Assembly: GCF_032191835.1 (NCBI RefSeq)
Contig: NC_083233.1
Span: 48,236,001-48,300,000, forward strand
Length of the DNA: 64,000 bases
Direction of reading: 5' to 3'
DNA from: Heteronotia binoei
Taxonomy: Eukaryota
Shown here: positions 24,961-35,216 of the stretch, piece by piece
How the letters are laid out: each line of letters begins with the position of its first letter
How positions within the stretch are numbered: the stretch's first letter is position 1
Notes under the pieces: model-generated
Database searches by the model: none
Told to the model about the DNA's origin: nothing
What the model saw: only the letters and a program-made list of their open reading frames with translations
Translations under genes and position numbers: made by a program

Positions 24961-26500
24961 TGTCTGCCTAGTCAGGCTGCAGGCACCGCGCCAGGGGAAA
25001 CTACGCGCCCCAGGAGGCGACGGGGGAGGAGAGGGGAGGGCCGGGCTGGAGGGCGCGGCACTGCTGGGCTGCGTGGGCTAGGCGGCAGCGAGGAGCGCGC
25101 CAAGGAGCAAGAGATAAGGAGGCGGGGACTAGTAGCCCGCTGGTCTGGCCCAACCCAGAGAGCCGCCTGTCCCGGTATGCCAGGGAGAGCCCCGGACAGA
25201 CGTGGTCCTTACCCTGCGGTGGCTCCGGCCTGTTGGAGAAGCGAAAGGCGCGAGTTTCCGCCCTCCCAAGGCCAGCTCACTCCCCACGCCACGCCGAAGT
25301 TCCGTCTGTGGATTCGCGCGTGGCTACATCTCGTCTGCAGCCCACATGTAGGAAAGTGCGCGCGCATGAGCGGTGAGGCACCGTGTAGCGCTCAGCCCCG
25401 CCATTTCGCGCTCTGCAGCTGCTGAGATGAAAAGCTGAGCTCTTGATAACGTATATAAAACGACAGTTCTGGTTTTATGCACATGGCAAAGTGCCACCGG
25501 CGAGTTATCGCAACGCAGTCGTAGTCGACCTATCTTGGTCTTAGGAAAATTCGCTCTTTGCTGGCTGCTGCGGAGTCAAGGGACTTAGTGCACTGCAATG
25601 CTGTGACAACACGCCCCTCCAGCGGTCCTTGAAAAGAATGCAATCTTTCGGAAGGTAGTCTCACTCCGAGATTGTCCCCAGACAGCCAAGTACCAGCCTC
25701 GTGATCCAGAGAGACGCACACTCCCTGGCTATTTGAATGGTTTTGGTGGGTTGGAGGAGGTGTGCGCATGTGTGCAATCCTGTATGCACTTATGTATCAA
25801 TCAGTAAGTCGGGCAGATCGACTTTCTCTTCATGTTATAGCATGTTTTCCGCACTTTTGAAAAGTGCAAAATTGCTCTCGCTAGCTTGGAGGAAGAGTGG
25901 GTGTGTGCCCGCCTGCTTCCGCTACTGACGGCAGATGTGAAGATTTTTGACCCGAACGTCAACCAGAGCAGACCATGAAAAGGGGCCAGCCAGGGGGAGG
26001 GTCTCCGATTGCAAGATTTCAGTACAGTTTACTCTTCCACCCTGAGTAGTAGGAAGGGGGGTTCGTGGGAGTGCTGAACTAAAGGGGGGGGGGCAGACCT
26101 AAGTCATTAGAGAGAAGCTCCCCCTCCGCACCGCAGGCGCGGAGCAAGGCGTGGCGCGTTCCTCTGATAGTCTCAGTATAGTCTACAGATGGAGTATATC
26201 CCACTGCAATCTTCACTCATAGGGTCAGTAGCGAGTTTGCTTTTGTGCCGGAAGTTCCGGCTGCGTGTTCCTTAACTTTATCACGAGGGGGGCGTGACTA
26301 TGAGATCGGCAGGGAGAGAAGACCTCTTCCTTCGCTCTCTCATTTGTCTTGTGCCTTGTGGTAACAAGCCCCGCCTCCTCATAAGCGAAAGGTACTGAAG
26401 AGGAAGCTCCTGCGCCAGAATAACGGTTGTCCTTAAAGCCCCGCTTCCCCAACTCTGTGCGTTCTCGTTGCTTTATGCGCCATCTGGCGGCGGTACGGTG
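24960..26500. promoter_or_regulatory. Extended CpG-rich promoter-like region with no coding partner
   Basis: YY1-like CGCCATTT 25399-25406, TATATAAAA near 25452, overlapping ETS cores CCGGAAGTTCCGG 26248-26260 and GC boxes near 26368 and 26438. Confidence 0.55.
26477..26490 (-). promoter_or_regulatory. CTCF motif, reverse orientation
   Basis: Minus strand CCGCCAGATGGCGC, a near-perfect core. Confidence 0.7.
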
Positions 26501-26856
26501 GCTGTTTTCCCCTCCTGAAGCTTCTGTCCAGGGATATTTTTAGTAGCCATTCCTAACCGGCACGATTCCAAAGGTCCGCCAGGCCAAGAAAACAGGCAAA
26601 CATTCTCTAAAATAACACTGTATCCTCGAGGCTCGAAGGCTTTATAGGAACACATTCCAAGAAACCCCCATGGCTTCTCCAAAAACAAAGCCTGAGTGGA
26701 ACCTTTAAGACCAACGAAGTTTTTTTCAAGGTATAAGCTTTCGTGTGCAAACACACCTCTTTAAATAAATCCAGGTGGGCAACTGTGTTGGTCTGAAGCC
26801 GTAGAACACATTTTGAGTCCAGTGGCACCTTTAAGACCAACAAAAGTTTATTCAAG

Positions 26857-26894
26857 GTATGAGCTTTCATATGCATGCACACTTCCTCAGATAC
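26857..26894 (-). ncRNA. Minimal type-I hammerhead ribozyme motif
   Basis: Minus strand GUAU-CUGAGGA-A-GUGUGC(AU)GCAUAU-GAA-AGCU-C/AUAC. Catalytic core, helix I (GUAU/AUAC), helix II and palindromic AGCU helix III are all present. Activity is not shown. Confidence 0.8.
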
Positions 26895-26904
26895 ATAGAA
26901 ATGG

Positions 26905-26906
26905 CA

Positions 26907-26947
<41 letters not shown>

Positions 26948-26950
26948 TAT
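26905..26950. repeat. Compound (TA)n(CA)n microsatellite
   Basis: Read directly from the sequence. Other simple repeats are (TG)n near 29289-29313 and 32375-32395, and (TA)n near 45647-45662. Confidence 0.95.
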
Positions 26951-29900
26951 TTATTGCATTGCATTACATTGTTCCAATATGCTGTTCCAAAAAAGAAATA
27001 CACTAAAATGCAAAGGATGTTTAGCCCTTCTTGGTGAGAATACATATGTAAGGACTGAATTAGTTCAGCATAAGAAATTAGATAAACCAATATCCCTGTT
27101 AAATCCTGGGGGATTGCTCCAAGCTTTGTACTAACTTGTAGTTCGGTAGTTTCCCCTTCCAGTCTGTTCCTGAAGTTCTTTTGCAATAAAACAGCTACTT
27201 TGAGGTCACCCATAGAATATCCTGGAAAGCTGAAATGTTCTCCTACAGGCTTCTCAGTCTTATGATTCTTGACATCAGATTTATGTCCATTTATCCTTTG
27301 GTGTAGGGCTTGACCTGTTTGCCCTATGTAGAGAACTGAAGGTGCTAAATAATATATAGTAATGTTAATGAATGTAGCGTAAAACAATAATCAGAAACAT
27401 CGACATGCATCTTGGACTTCTGGTGGTTGTTAATTTGTATGAGAGGGTGGGTTTTTTTTTGTTTTTTGCATATTCTGTCTTTTAACCCTATATGTTGTTT
27501 TTTAACTTGTTAGCCACCCAGAGCCTGCTGGGGGGGGATATAAATATGATAAAATAAAAATAAATAAATAGTTGACATTTAAAGGCATATACAATGTTAG
27601 AAGATGAGCATGTGAATAAGCCTCAGATGGTGTAGTTAATATTGTTGGATGCAGTGATTGTGTTGTCTGGGTGTATGTGACAGCAAAGTTGGCATCTGGG
27701 TTTATTATTTCAAGCTCTGTCAGTACCAGTCTCCATGTTCAAATTAGATGTTGCATTATTGTGGATGAGTTGTTTGAGATAGGGGAGCTGGCTGAGAGTA
27801 AGAAAGTGTTTGTGCCCCCCCCCCCAATACTTGTGAAAGAGAACTGTCATTATCCAGTAGAGGTTGTAAGTTTCTGATGATGCAGTGAACTGTTTTGAGT
27901 TGAGAGCTGCATGTGACCACTTAGTGGTGTTCTGTTATTGTTTCTTTTGGGCCTGTCTTGCAACTGGTTTTCTCTGATACCATTCTGTCTTTGTTAATCT
28001 GTTTCCTAACTTCAAACAGTGGATACTTTAGTTTCAAAAAGGTTGCTGTAGATCTCTGAGGTGAGAATCTCTGTCTGTAGGATTAGAGCGGATGCAGTTG
28101 TACATTGAGCATGGCTGTATACGATGGATCATTTGGTATGTTTAGGATGGTAGCTGGAGGCATGTATGTATGATCGTTGGTTAGTGGGTTTCCGGTATAA
28201 GGTGGTGTTTATGTGTCCATTGTATATTTTTACAGTAGTGTCCGGAAAATGTGTTTCTTGCATAGATCGGTTCATTGTCATGGCTTCTCCACTTCTGTTA
28301 CTCTGGGCTGTCAAATGATTTTACCACCCTCCCTCCTTGTCCTTTTAACTTGCCTCCCAGAACACCTACTGGTGTTCAAGCAGGTGCAGTGTTTCTCCTG
28401 ATCCACTCTTCCCTCTGGTTTTACTTTCTTGTCTCAAAGCTTATAATGTAAGCTCCTCTGGGTAGGGAACTGCCTTCTGCTCCGGAAAATGTCATGGATG
28501 GATAATGTTGTGGAATCCACATCATGTCAACCATAGGGAGCTATAATTAACTAATCAAAAGCACATGTTATTTAGCACATAATTTATTTCTCCATGTCAT
28601 CCATTGTAAAAGAAACCCTAGCAATTGTTGAAGTCATTTTCTTTACCTTAAAAGTCAAGAAACCAGGCACAGTAATCCCTTGAAAGGACCAAAGATAAGG
28701 CAATCAATTTATCAGAGTAATCCAGATGTACACACAACAGTTCTTCACTGGGTCATTTGCTTCCTGAGGTCATTAAGCCATAGCAGGTACATTCCATGCC
28801 ATGGCAGGTTACCAGCACAGCAGGTACATTCTATGCCATGGATCACCCCATTCCCACCCCCCACCCCCAGTCAATAATCTGAGCTATGTTACCCTTCAGC
28901 CATGCATTCACCTACCCCTTGATTATGGACCCTGGGGCTCTCAGGAAGGGCTTCCACGGGGCTGCCTTGGTTGGTCCATCCTCCTTCAAGGAGACAGGTC
29001 ACTTTTGAGAATACTGAAGGGCCCAAGAGTGGTCAGTGCAGCCCTGTGGCTCCTCCTCAGACTCCCCCCATCCCAGTTCTCTGCCTGAACTCTCCAAGGC
29101 AGATTCCCAGAAACCACAAGAGAGGCTTCTCAGCTGACATGCTGCAGCTATAGGAGTAGAGTTGGTCAAGGTGTGAAGGAGATGTTCTTGGGTTTACAGC
29201 TCCCAGGTAGGCGGAGAGAGCAGCCCAGAACTCATTAAACTTTTACCAGTACTGCACATGTTAAAGGACAGGAGCAAAGAGGCTGCTCTGTGTGTGTGTG
29301 TGTGTGTGTGTGTGGGAGATTCCTCCAGATTTTTCTGCTTGCACCTAGTATGGTGCCTGCCTCCCCCCTAAGAACATTAGTCTCATTCATTGGAGGAAAA
29401 ACTGAACAAATGAAGCTGCCTTGGCCCATTTAGATCAGAGTTCTGTCTATTCAGAATGGCAGTGGCTCTCTAGGGTCTCAGGCTGAGGTTGGCATCTCAT
29501 TCTACCTGATATTTTGAATTGGGGTCTTTTGCATGCTAAGCAGGTGCTTTAATGCAGCCCCTCAAACCTGTTTATTAATGGAGCCTTACAGAGATACATC
29601 ACTTAGTCTCTTAGTGGAAAGCTGCCACCCCTCAGCCAATGTAATCTCCTAACCTCTGTGAATACTCTCTGGTCTCCTTGTCCCTCTACCCATTCCTTTC
29701 TTGCATACATTGTGTGAATTGTCTCTCATGTAGGAGAGCAAAGCTTTGTAGATGGTTAGGCAGGTGGTCAGCCCAGCAACTATTCTTGCTTCTATTCCTT
29801 CTTCAAACAGCCCCTCTTAGCCACAGAGGCTGCTTATTGGAAATGCTTGTAATGATACCCCTGATGCTTGCTTAATTTAAAAAAGGTATAAAGAATTATA

Positions 29901-30469
29901 GAAGATAGAAACTGTAGTCTTGGGTGTGTGATCTTCTTCCTTGCTGCTTGTGCCTCCCTCCATCTGGGTTTCTATTGAATCTTGCACTGTTGACTGAGGT
30001 TCTGCCCCAGCCTGGTCCCAAAATGGGCCTCACTTCCAGTAATCTGTCCCTATTACCTTATTTTAATTCAGCTTCAGAATCAGGCTGTCCCTTTGGGCAG
30101 CCTCTCTAGCAAGAGTGAGAACAGGACAGCAACCCACACAACCTCAGGGGGAGCATTAGGTTTTTTCTTCCAAAAGGAAATAATATATGGGCTTAGCACA
30201 AGCCACAGCAAGAAAAGGGCATCTGTCCATGCAAGGGGGTGTGATTTTAGAAAAGCTGATAAAGGGAGAGTGACACTTGCCTTTTCCAGCAGCAAGCAAG
30301 GTTGGAGGAGTCCTTCACAGGTTAGATCTGTGTCAAGTTGTTATGGCTCAGGATCTATGAACTGTAAGCCATTTAATTAGGGCACCAGCTGAGTCAGACT
30401 GCCTTCGCTTTCTGTACTGGTTTATCTGCTCTATGTTCGCATGTGTGTATGCAGTTCTTCCTTATTTTC

Positions 30470-30475
30470 TTTATT
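30470..30475 (-). terminator. SLC25A53: Candidate SLC25A53 polyadenylation signal
   Basis: First minus-strand AATAAA I found downstream of the stop codon (about 680 nt). Confidence 0.4.
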
Positions 30476-31153
30476 TCTCCCCTGCAAGTAATTGCACTCC
30501 CCTTCCCTTCTTACTCTTTCCCCAAATAAAGTTAGAGTGTATTGTTTAAGAGAGCCTCTGTCACCCACATGTATACAAGGACTAGGTTTTGTGCATGCCA
30601 GCTTTTAAATGAGTCAGACTGTTACCAATTCTTCTCTAGCAGTTGCTCTGCCCCCGGGCTTTGCTTTCCTCAGAGCAAGTGATTTCCCACTAGTTGCTGT
30701 GCAGCCGTATTTTGATTCGTGGCTCCCTCCAATTTCTCTCGCAGCTTCTGGATCTCCAAAAAAACAAGGCCAAGTTGCTGTGGGGGAAATTGGAGGGATC
30801 TGTGAGTCAAAATGCAGCTGTGCAGGAACTAGTGGAGAATCGGTCGCTTGCTCTGAGGAAAGCTGAAGTCCGGGGGTGGAGCAACTGCTTGTGAGGGATC
30901 AGTGTGTGTGTTTGAGTGTGAGACAGAAAGAGGCCAAACTGGGCCTATCAGATTCTGCCTCAGTGTAACCAGGGGTGGTAGCTATAAGGGGGGGGGGGGG
31001 AGGAGAATGCATTAATGTTTCAGTGGCAAGCAGTAGTCAGATGGACTCCAGGGAAGGTGGGGAAGCAGGGTACTCCATCTCTGGTTTCCCCCTGCACTTC
31101 CTGGACAGCCCTCTCCAGATCCTGCCTTACTACCAACCATGTGGGTCTCCAAC

Positions 31154-32053
31154 CTAGACTGTGTTCTGCTGGAGGAAGTCATAGATGGCTGTGGTGAGAC
31201 CCCATGTTATGCATGACCTGAGAATAAGGAGGGACCCGCCCCTGTAAAGCAACACCACTCTCCTCCCATGGTTCGCCCAGACGGCTGCCACTGAGGCCTG
31301 GAAGTGAAGCATCTCCTGTTTCCCCACCTGAGACTGCACATTGGCAATAAGGACACTGAGAGGATACAGGAAAAGGCAAATCAACATGCCATTAACACTG
31401 CCGGACATCAGGGCAGGGAGCCAGTGAGGCAAGCCCCTTTCAGAGAGGCTGTCCCGAAGGGGATCCTTCAAAGAGAAATACAGGGAGCTCCCCAGGCTGT
31501 TACGAACCAGGATGAGGCCTAGGCCACGGTAGTAGCCCAGCACCAGCTTCTCCCTCAGAGCATAGGAGTGGAACTCCTGCAGGATACTGCGGGTTGTCGG
31601 GAATCTCTTGTTCTTCCGTCCGTCCTGAAGAATATTCTGGATCCTCTCAAAGGGAGCAAGCACCATGGCTTCCGAAATGCCAGACATGAGTCCTGCTGTG
31701 TACCGGTCTCCCAGGGAGTAAGGCCCAGAAGACTGGCTGGAGAGGATGTGAAGGCAGTTTTCGTATGTGCCAAACATCAGGGTGCCTTGCAGCGTCTTGG
31801 AAAGAAGTGGGGGAAAGACTCCTCGGTAGAATTTGTGTAGGCCCTCTTGGCTCAGCTGGCAAACGGCCTCCTGGATAGAAAAGGCATGGAGCTGTTGCCG
31901 GAAGATGGTCTTGTAGATGGGGAAGGTGGCGAGCGTGGAGAGGAAACAGGAGGCAGCCCCCATGTTGTAACTGCGGGAGCCCCAGCTTGGTTTCTCTCTT
32001 TCCTGCTCTGGCTTTCCAGTGTTCCCAGGAGGGGTTCCCACTTCCTTCTGCAT
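31154..32053 (-). CDS. SLC25A53: Mitochondrial carrier SLC25A53 (MCART6), 299 aa, single coding exon
   Basis: TFPIYK..FRQQ, YRG.FPPLLSKTLQGT, APFERIQNILQDGRK, GYYRG..LVRNSLGS and YRGGSLLILRS..TWGLTTAI match the MCART6 family. Acceptor tcttctcattAG at 32078-32079. Confidence 0.94.
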   Translation of the reverse strand: MQKEVGTPPGNTGKPEQEREKPSWGSRSYNMGAASCFLSTLATFPIYKTIFRQQLHAFSIQEAVCQLSQEGLHKFYRGVFPPLLSKTLQGTLMFGTYENCLHILSSQSSGPYSLGDRYTAGLMSGISEAMVLAPFERIQNILQDGRKNKRFPTTRSILQEFHSYALREKLVLGYYRGLGLILVRNSLGSSLYFSLKDPLRDSLSERGLPHWLPALMSGSVNGMLICLFLYPLSVLIANVQSQVGKQEMLHFQASVAAVWANHGRRVVLLYRGGSLLILRSCITWGLTTAIYDFLQQNTV

Positions 32054-32195
32054 CTTGAGTCCTTTCCTTTGCAGGCTCTAATGAGAAGAAAGACAGCCCG
32101 TGAGAGGGCTCAGGAGACCAGTTGCCTGTTATCTTATCCTGTGATTGGAGATAACTGGTGGAATAACCATAAGCAATGTGAGCAGGGTAACTACA

Positions 32196-32490
32196 CCAGT
32201 TTCGTTAGGTGGTTAAGTGTGCAAACTCTGGGAGAACAGGGTTTGATTCCCCACTCCTCCACTTGCAGCTGCTGGAATGGTCTTGGGTCAGCCATAGTTA
32301 TCACAGAGTTGTCCTTGAAAGGGCAGCTGCTGTGAATGCTCTCTCAGCGCCCCCTACCGCACAGGGTGTTTGTTGTGTGTGTGTGTGTGTGTGTGGAGGG
32401 TGGGGGGAAGGTAAAGGGGATTGTAAGCCACTTTGAGATTCAGAGTGTAGGGCGGGGTATACCGGTAAATCCAATTTCTTTTTCTTCTTC
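32196..32490 (+). mobile_element. tRNA-derived SINE with L2-like tail
   Basis: ccagtttcgttaggtggttaag (A box), ggtttgattcccc (B box) and tail tgtaagccactttgag...gggcggggtat..aaatcc. Homologous to 58303. Confidence 0.8.
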
Positions 32491-33164
32491 TGTCTGGATC
32501 AGGCGGACCACATAAGGGAGTAGCGTGAGACAGAGAAATGCTCCTGCTTGCTAATTGAGGGCCTGGAGTGGCTGCCACAGCCCCCCCTGAGATACTCCCC
32601 CAGCATATTAGATTAGGATGTCACCTCTTTTGATATCCAACTGAGAAACAATTGTTGCAGTTTCAGCTGGAGGATTCCTGCTTTTTGCTTGTTATCAGCA
32701 TTCCAAAGGCAGAGCCTGAAACTAGCTAGCAGCAGGCTGTACTCACTGAAGCCAGCAAAGCATCCTAACACAGGAGGGATAGAAAGCAGCATAAGCCTGA
32801 AAAATCTTTCTCCCGTTTGTTTACATCCAGCCTGCTGAGAGTTCTAGAGAATTTATAGGCTTGCAGTGTTAATTTTGCTCAGTCTCAATAAAAAGTATGG
32901 CATGGCCTTTGTTACAGGTGAAAATGGCCACCTCGTTTTTGGCTAAGGGGCAAGAGGAAAATGCGTTCCACACAACCTTGTGCAAGGCAGCCATGCCCAC
33001 CCCCTCCCCTTCTATAAAACCTGGCCACCCATCTTTGGACACCTTAGCTAGGCTCTTGCTCTACGAAGCCAAGCTTAGCAAATAAGCCACTGGCTGGACG
33101 GGTGTCCCCCAATCCCCTCTAGTATGAAAGAGAAACAAGGGCTGGAGGCAAAAACACAGCTTAC

Positions 33165-33310
33165 CTATTAACTGCTCCGATTTCTTCTCCCTCCCCAATT
33201 CTCTCCTCCTGCTCATCTCACATTCTTTGCAGAGGAGGAAGAGCTTTATTCTCAGTGCTGCCGGATGTTCTCTGTGCTAGTGCCTCCATCCCACTAAGCT
33301 TCCGGTGGGT
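33165..33310 (-). promoter_or_regulatory. SLC25A53: Candidate SLC25A53 non-coding 5' exon and ETS-type promoter
   Basis: Donor TAG|GTAAGC at 33164. ETS cores CCGGATGT (33261-33268) and CTTCCGGT (33299-33306). No CpG island. Confidence 0.4.
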
Positions 33311-33491
33311 TACTCAGGAGGACCGACTCTCACAAGCCTCTTCCTTGCAATCAGAAGCAGAGGATGCCTTCACAGGCTGCATCGCTGACACAAGGGAACC
33401 CCGGCTGGAGCTGCCCAGGCACAAAGGACTCCCCCCCCCCAAACGTCTTGGCATTATGCAAATGCTTTTCTGGAGTAACCAGAGAGAAATT

Positions 33492-33612
33492 CAGGTGGGC
33501 AGCTGTGCTGCTCTGAAGCTGCAAAACAGTTTGAGTCCAGTGGCACCTTTAAGACCAACAAAGTTGTTCTATTTTGGGTGTAAGTCTTCATGTGCATGTA
33601 CACTTTTTCAAA
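33492..33612 (-). mobile_element. Penelope pLTR remnant with a mutated hammerhead core
   Basis: caggtgggcagctgtg...gagtccagtggcaccttaagaccaacaaag aligns with 26771-26850. The core is decayed to TTGAAAA...GAAG. Confidence 0.7.
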
Positions 33613-33834
33613 CAGAGAGAAATGCTCACTTAGCCCTGGAACATGCTCAAGGTTTTCACAGTAACATTTGTGGGGTGTACACTGGGGGAGAACCTTGGGA
33701 AAACTTACATCCTTTGTTCAGCAAAATTTATACACACACGTGCAGAGAAACTGTTTCCCAAGATTCAGTGCAGAAGCTTCAGTCCTTCCCTGGAACTCTG
33801 GATCAAGCCACTGATTTTGTGTGTGTGTGCCTGT

Positions 33835-34012
33835 AAGTCATGGTTGACTACTGGCAACCCCTAGTGGGGCATGGATGTTTCAGAAAGGTGGCTTGCTTAT
33901 TGCCTACTTCTGCATCCTGGCCCTGGTATTCCTTGGTGGTCTCCCATCCAAGTACTTGCCAGGATCAGCCCTTTGTTTGAGATTGGGATTGCCTGGGCTA
34001 TTCAGGTCAGAG
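33835..34012 (-). mobile_element. 5S rRNA-derived SINE
   Basis: The reverse complement contains AGTACTTGGATGGGAGACC, identical to the vertebrate 5S internal control (box C) region, then GGAATACC. Confidence 0.8.
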
Positions 34013-34199
34013 TAAGCCATTGCTTCTTTGTGCAAACCTAACAATGACAGTAAAGTTAGAGCTGGCCTCTGTTGCCATCAGGGTCATTCCAGTAGAAGAT
34101 TTCAGCTGCATGGAAAAGAGGCGCTTTATGCAACGGGGAGCTGGTCAAGCAAGCCCCAGCCTCACTGTTTTATGAAGGGAAAAGTGGGGGGGAGAGTGG

Positions 34200-34392
34200 C
34201 AGGGTTCCCTCTAGGCGAAGTCAGTGTGAGCTAGCTCACAATTTTTTAGCTTGCAGCTCACACATTTTTGTCTCAGCTCAGGAAAAATGGCCCTAGAGCA
34301 AATTAATTATGCCGTAGCTCACAACTTTAATGCCAGTAGCTCACAAAGTAGAATTTTTGCTCACAAGACTCCACAGCTTAGAGGGAACATTG
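34200..34392. mobile_element. hAT MITE (CAGTGTTCCCTCTAAG family)
   Basis: TIRs CAGGGTTCCCTCTAG/CTTAGAGGGAACATTG. TSD GAGAGTGG/GTGAGTGG. Confidence 0.85.
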
Positions 34393-35210
34393 GTGAGTGG
34401 GTAAGTGAAGGGTGTTGCATTGATCTAGCAAAGCATCCAGCAGTTCTGAGTTTCCTCCTTGCCCAGACAGATGGCCACAACAGGTATTACAGCTTTGGTG
34501 AGCCCCCAACAGGCTCTCCCCTCCCCCAATCTATGAATACTACATGGTGTCCCTTGCAACATACACTGGAAAGGGCCTGCAGAGATTTCTATCCCAGCAA
34601 CTCTTTTTTTCAGGCTCTGAATCTATGCAAAGGAACGGGAAAAAATTCATAACCATGCTTATGGCATGAGCAGCAGCCCTGCTTTCGCTCCATCTGTGCG
34701 ATACTACATCATCTTTGCAATGGGCACCGGGACTTCCACACTATCTGAGACTGGACAGCCAAGGCAGTGGGGCACAGTGCAGGCAGCCAGCCAGCCTCTG
34801 TCATTGCTCTGAGATCAAATACTCCTCTTCATCCTCCTACAGCTTCAAGAAAAGGTGTACTGAGAAGAATTCTTTCTTGGCTCATTCACTCCCCATTTTC
34901 CAACCAGGTGCATCAGAACTGAAACCCCTCCTTTACTGTGCCTGCCTTGAAGGAAAGATCATGATTTGCCATGTCTTCCTCCCCTACTGGGCCCCATTGC
35001 ACATCTCTTTGCCACCTGTCCAGATCACCCACCATCCCCATTTTTGGATACCATAAAATGAGCTGCTTCCGCTTTGATGCAGGGGAATGAAGTCACCCGT
35101 ACCTAGGCTATCAGTTGCCCCAAGAGCAAGTTCCAAAAGGGGAACAGCCACCCCCATCCCCAGTGAGAAGTAGCATTCAAGGAGGGTTTTTTTTGGTTTT
35201 TAAATAAAAG

Positions 35211-35216
35211 TTTAAT
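35211..35216 (-). terminator. PRPS1: Candidate PRPS1 polyadenylation signal (variant ATTAAA)
   Basis: I found no minus-strand AATAAA between the stop (36648) and 33250. ATTAAA here is followed by U-rich and GU-rich sequence. Confidence 0.45.

Larger units (their letters stand above)
26700..28330 (-). mobile_element. Decayed, 5'-truncated Penelope-like retroelement (RT thumb, GIY-YIG endonuclease, tandem pLTR ends)
   Basis: Minus-frame peptides NTTLYRKPTNQRSYIHASSYHPKHTK (28129-28314) and LYIGQTGQALHQRINGHKSD..VGEHF..LKVAVL (about 27150-27350). Frameshifts and stops are present. An L2/SINE-like tail interrupts it at about 27510-27570. Confidence 0.9.

Noticed and set aside
25440-25560. Possible type-3 Pol III gene after TATATAAAA
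   Set aside because: No recognisable PSE, no match to known snRNA, Y, vault or tRNA starts, and no clear oligo-T terminator. Kept only as part of the orphan-promoter finding.
25845-25871. GCACTTTT-G-AAAAGTGC palindrome
   Set aside because: A short AT-rich stem with a 1-nt loop, within chance expectation.
33255-33836. 193-aa plus ORF
   Set aside because: It runs through a Penelope remnant and has no recognisable domain.
33940-33960. 5S rRNA gene
   Set aside because: Only a partial 5S match, embedded in a SINE body with deletions.
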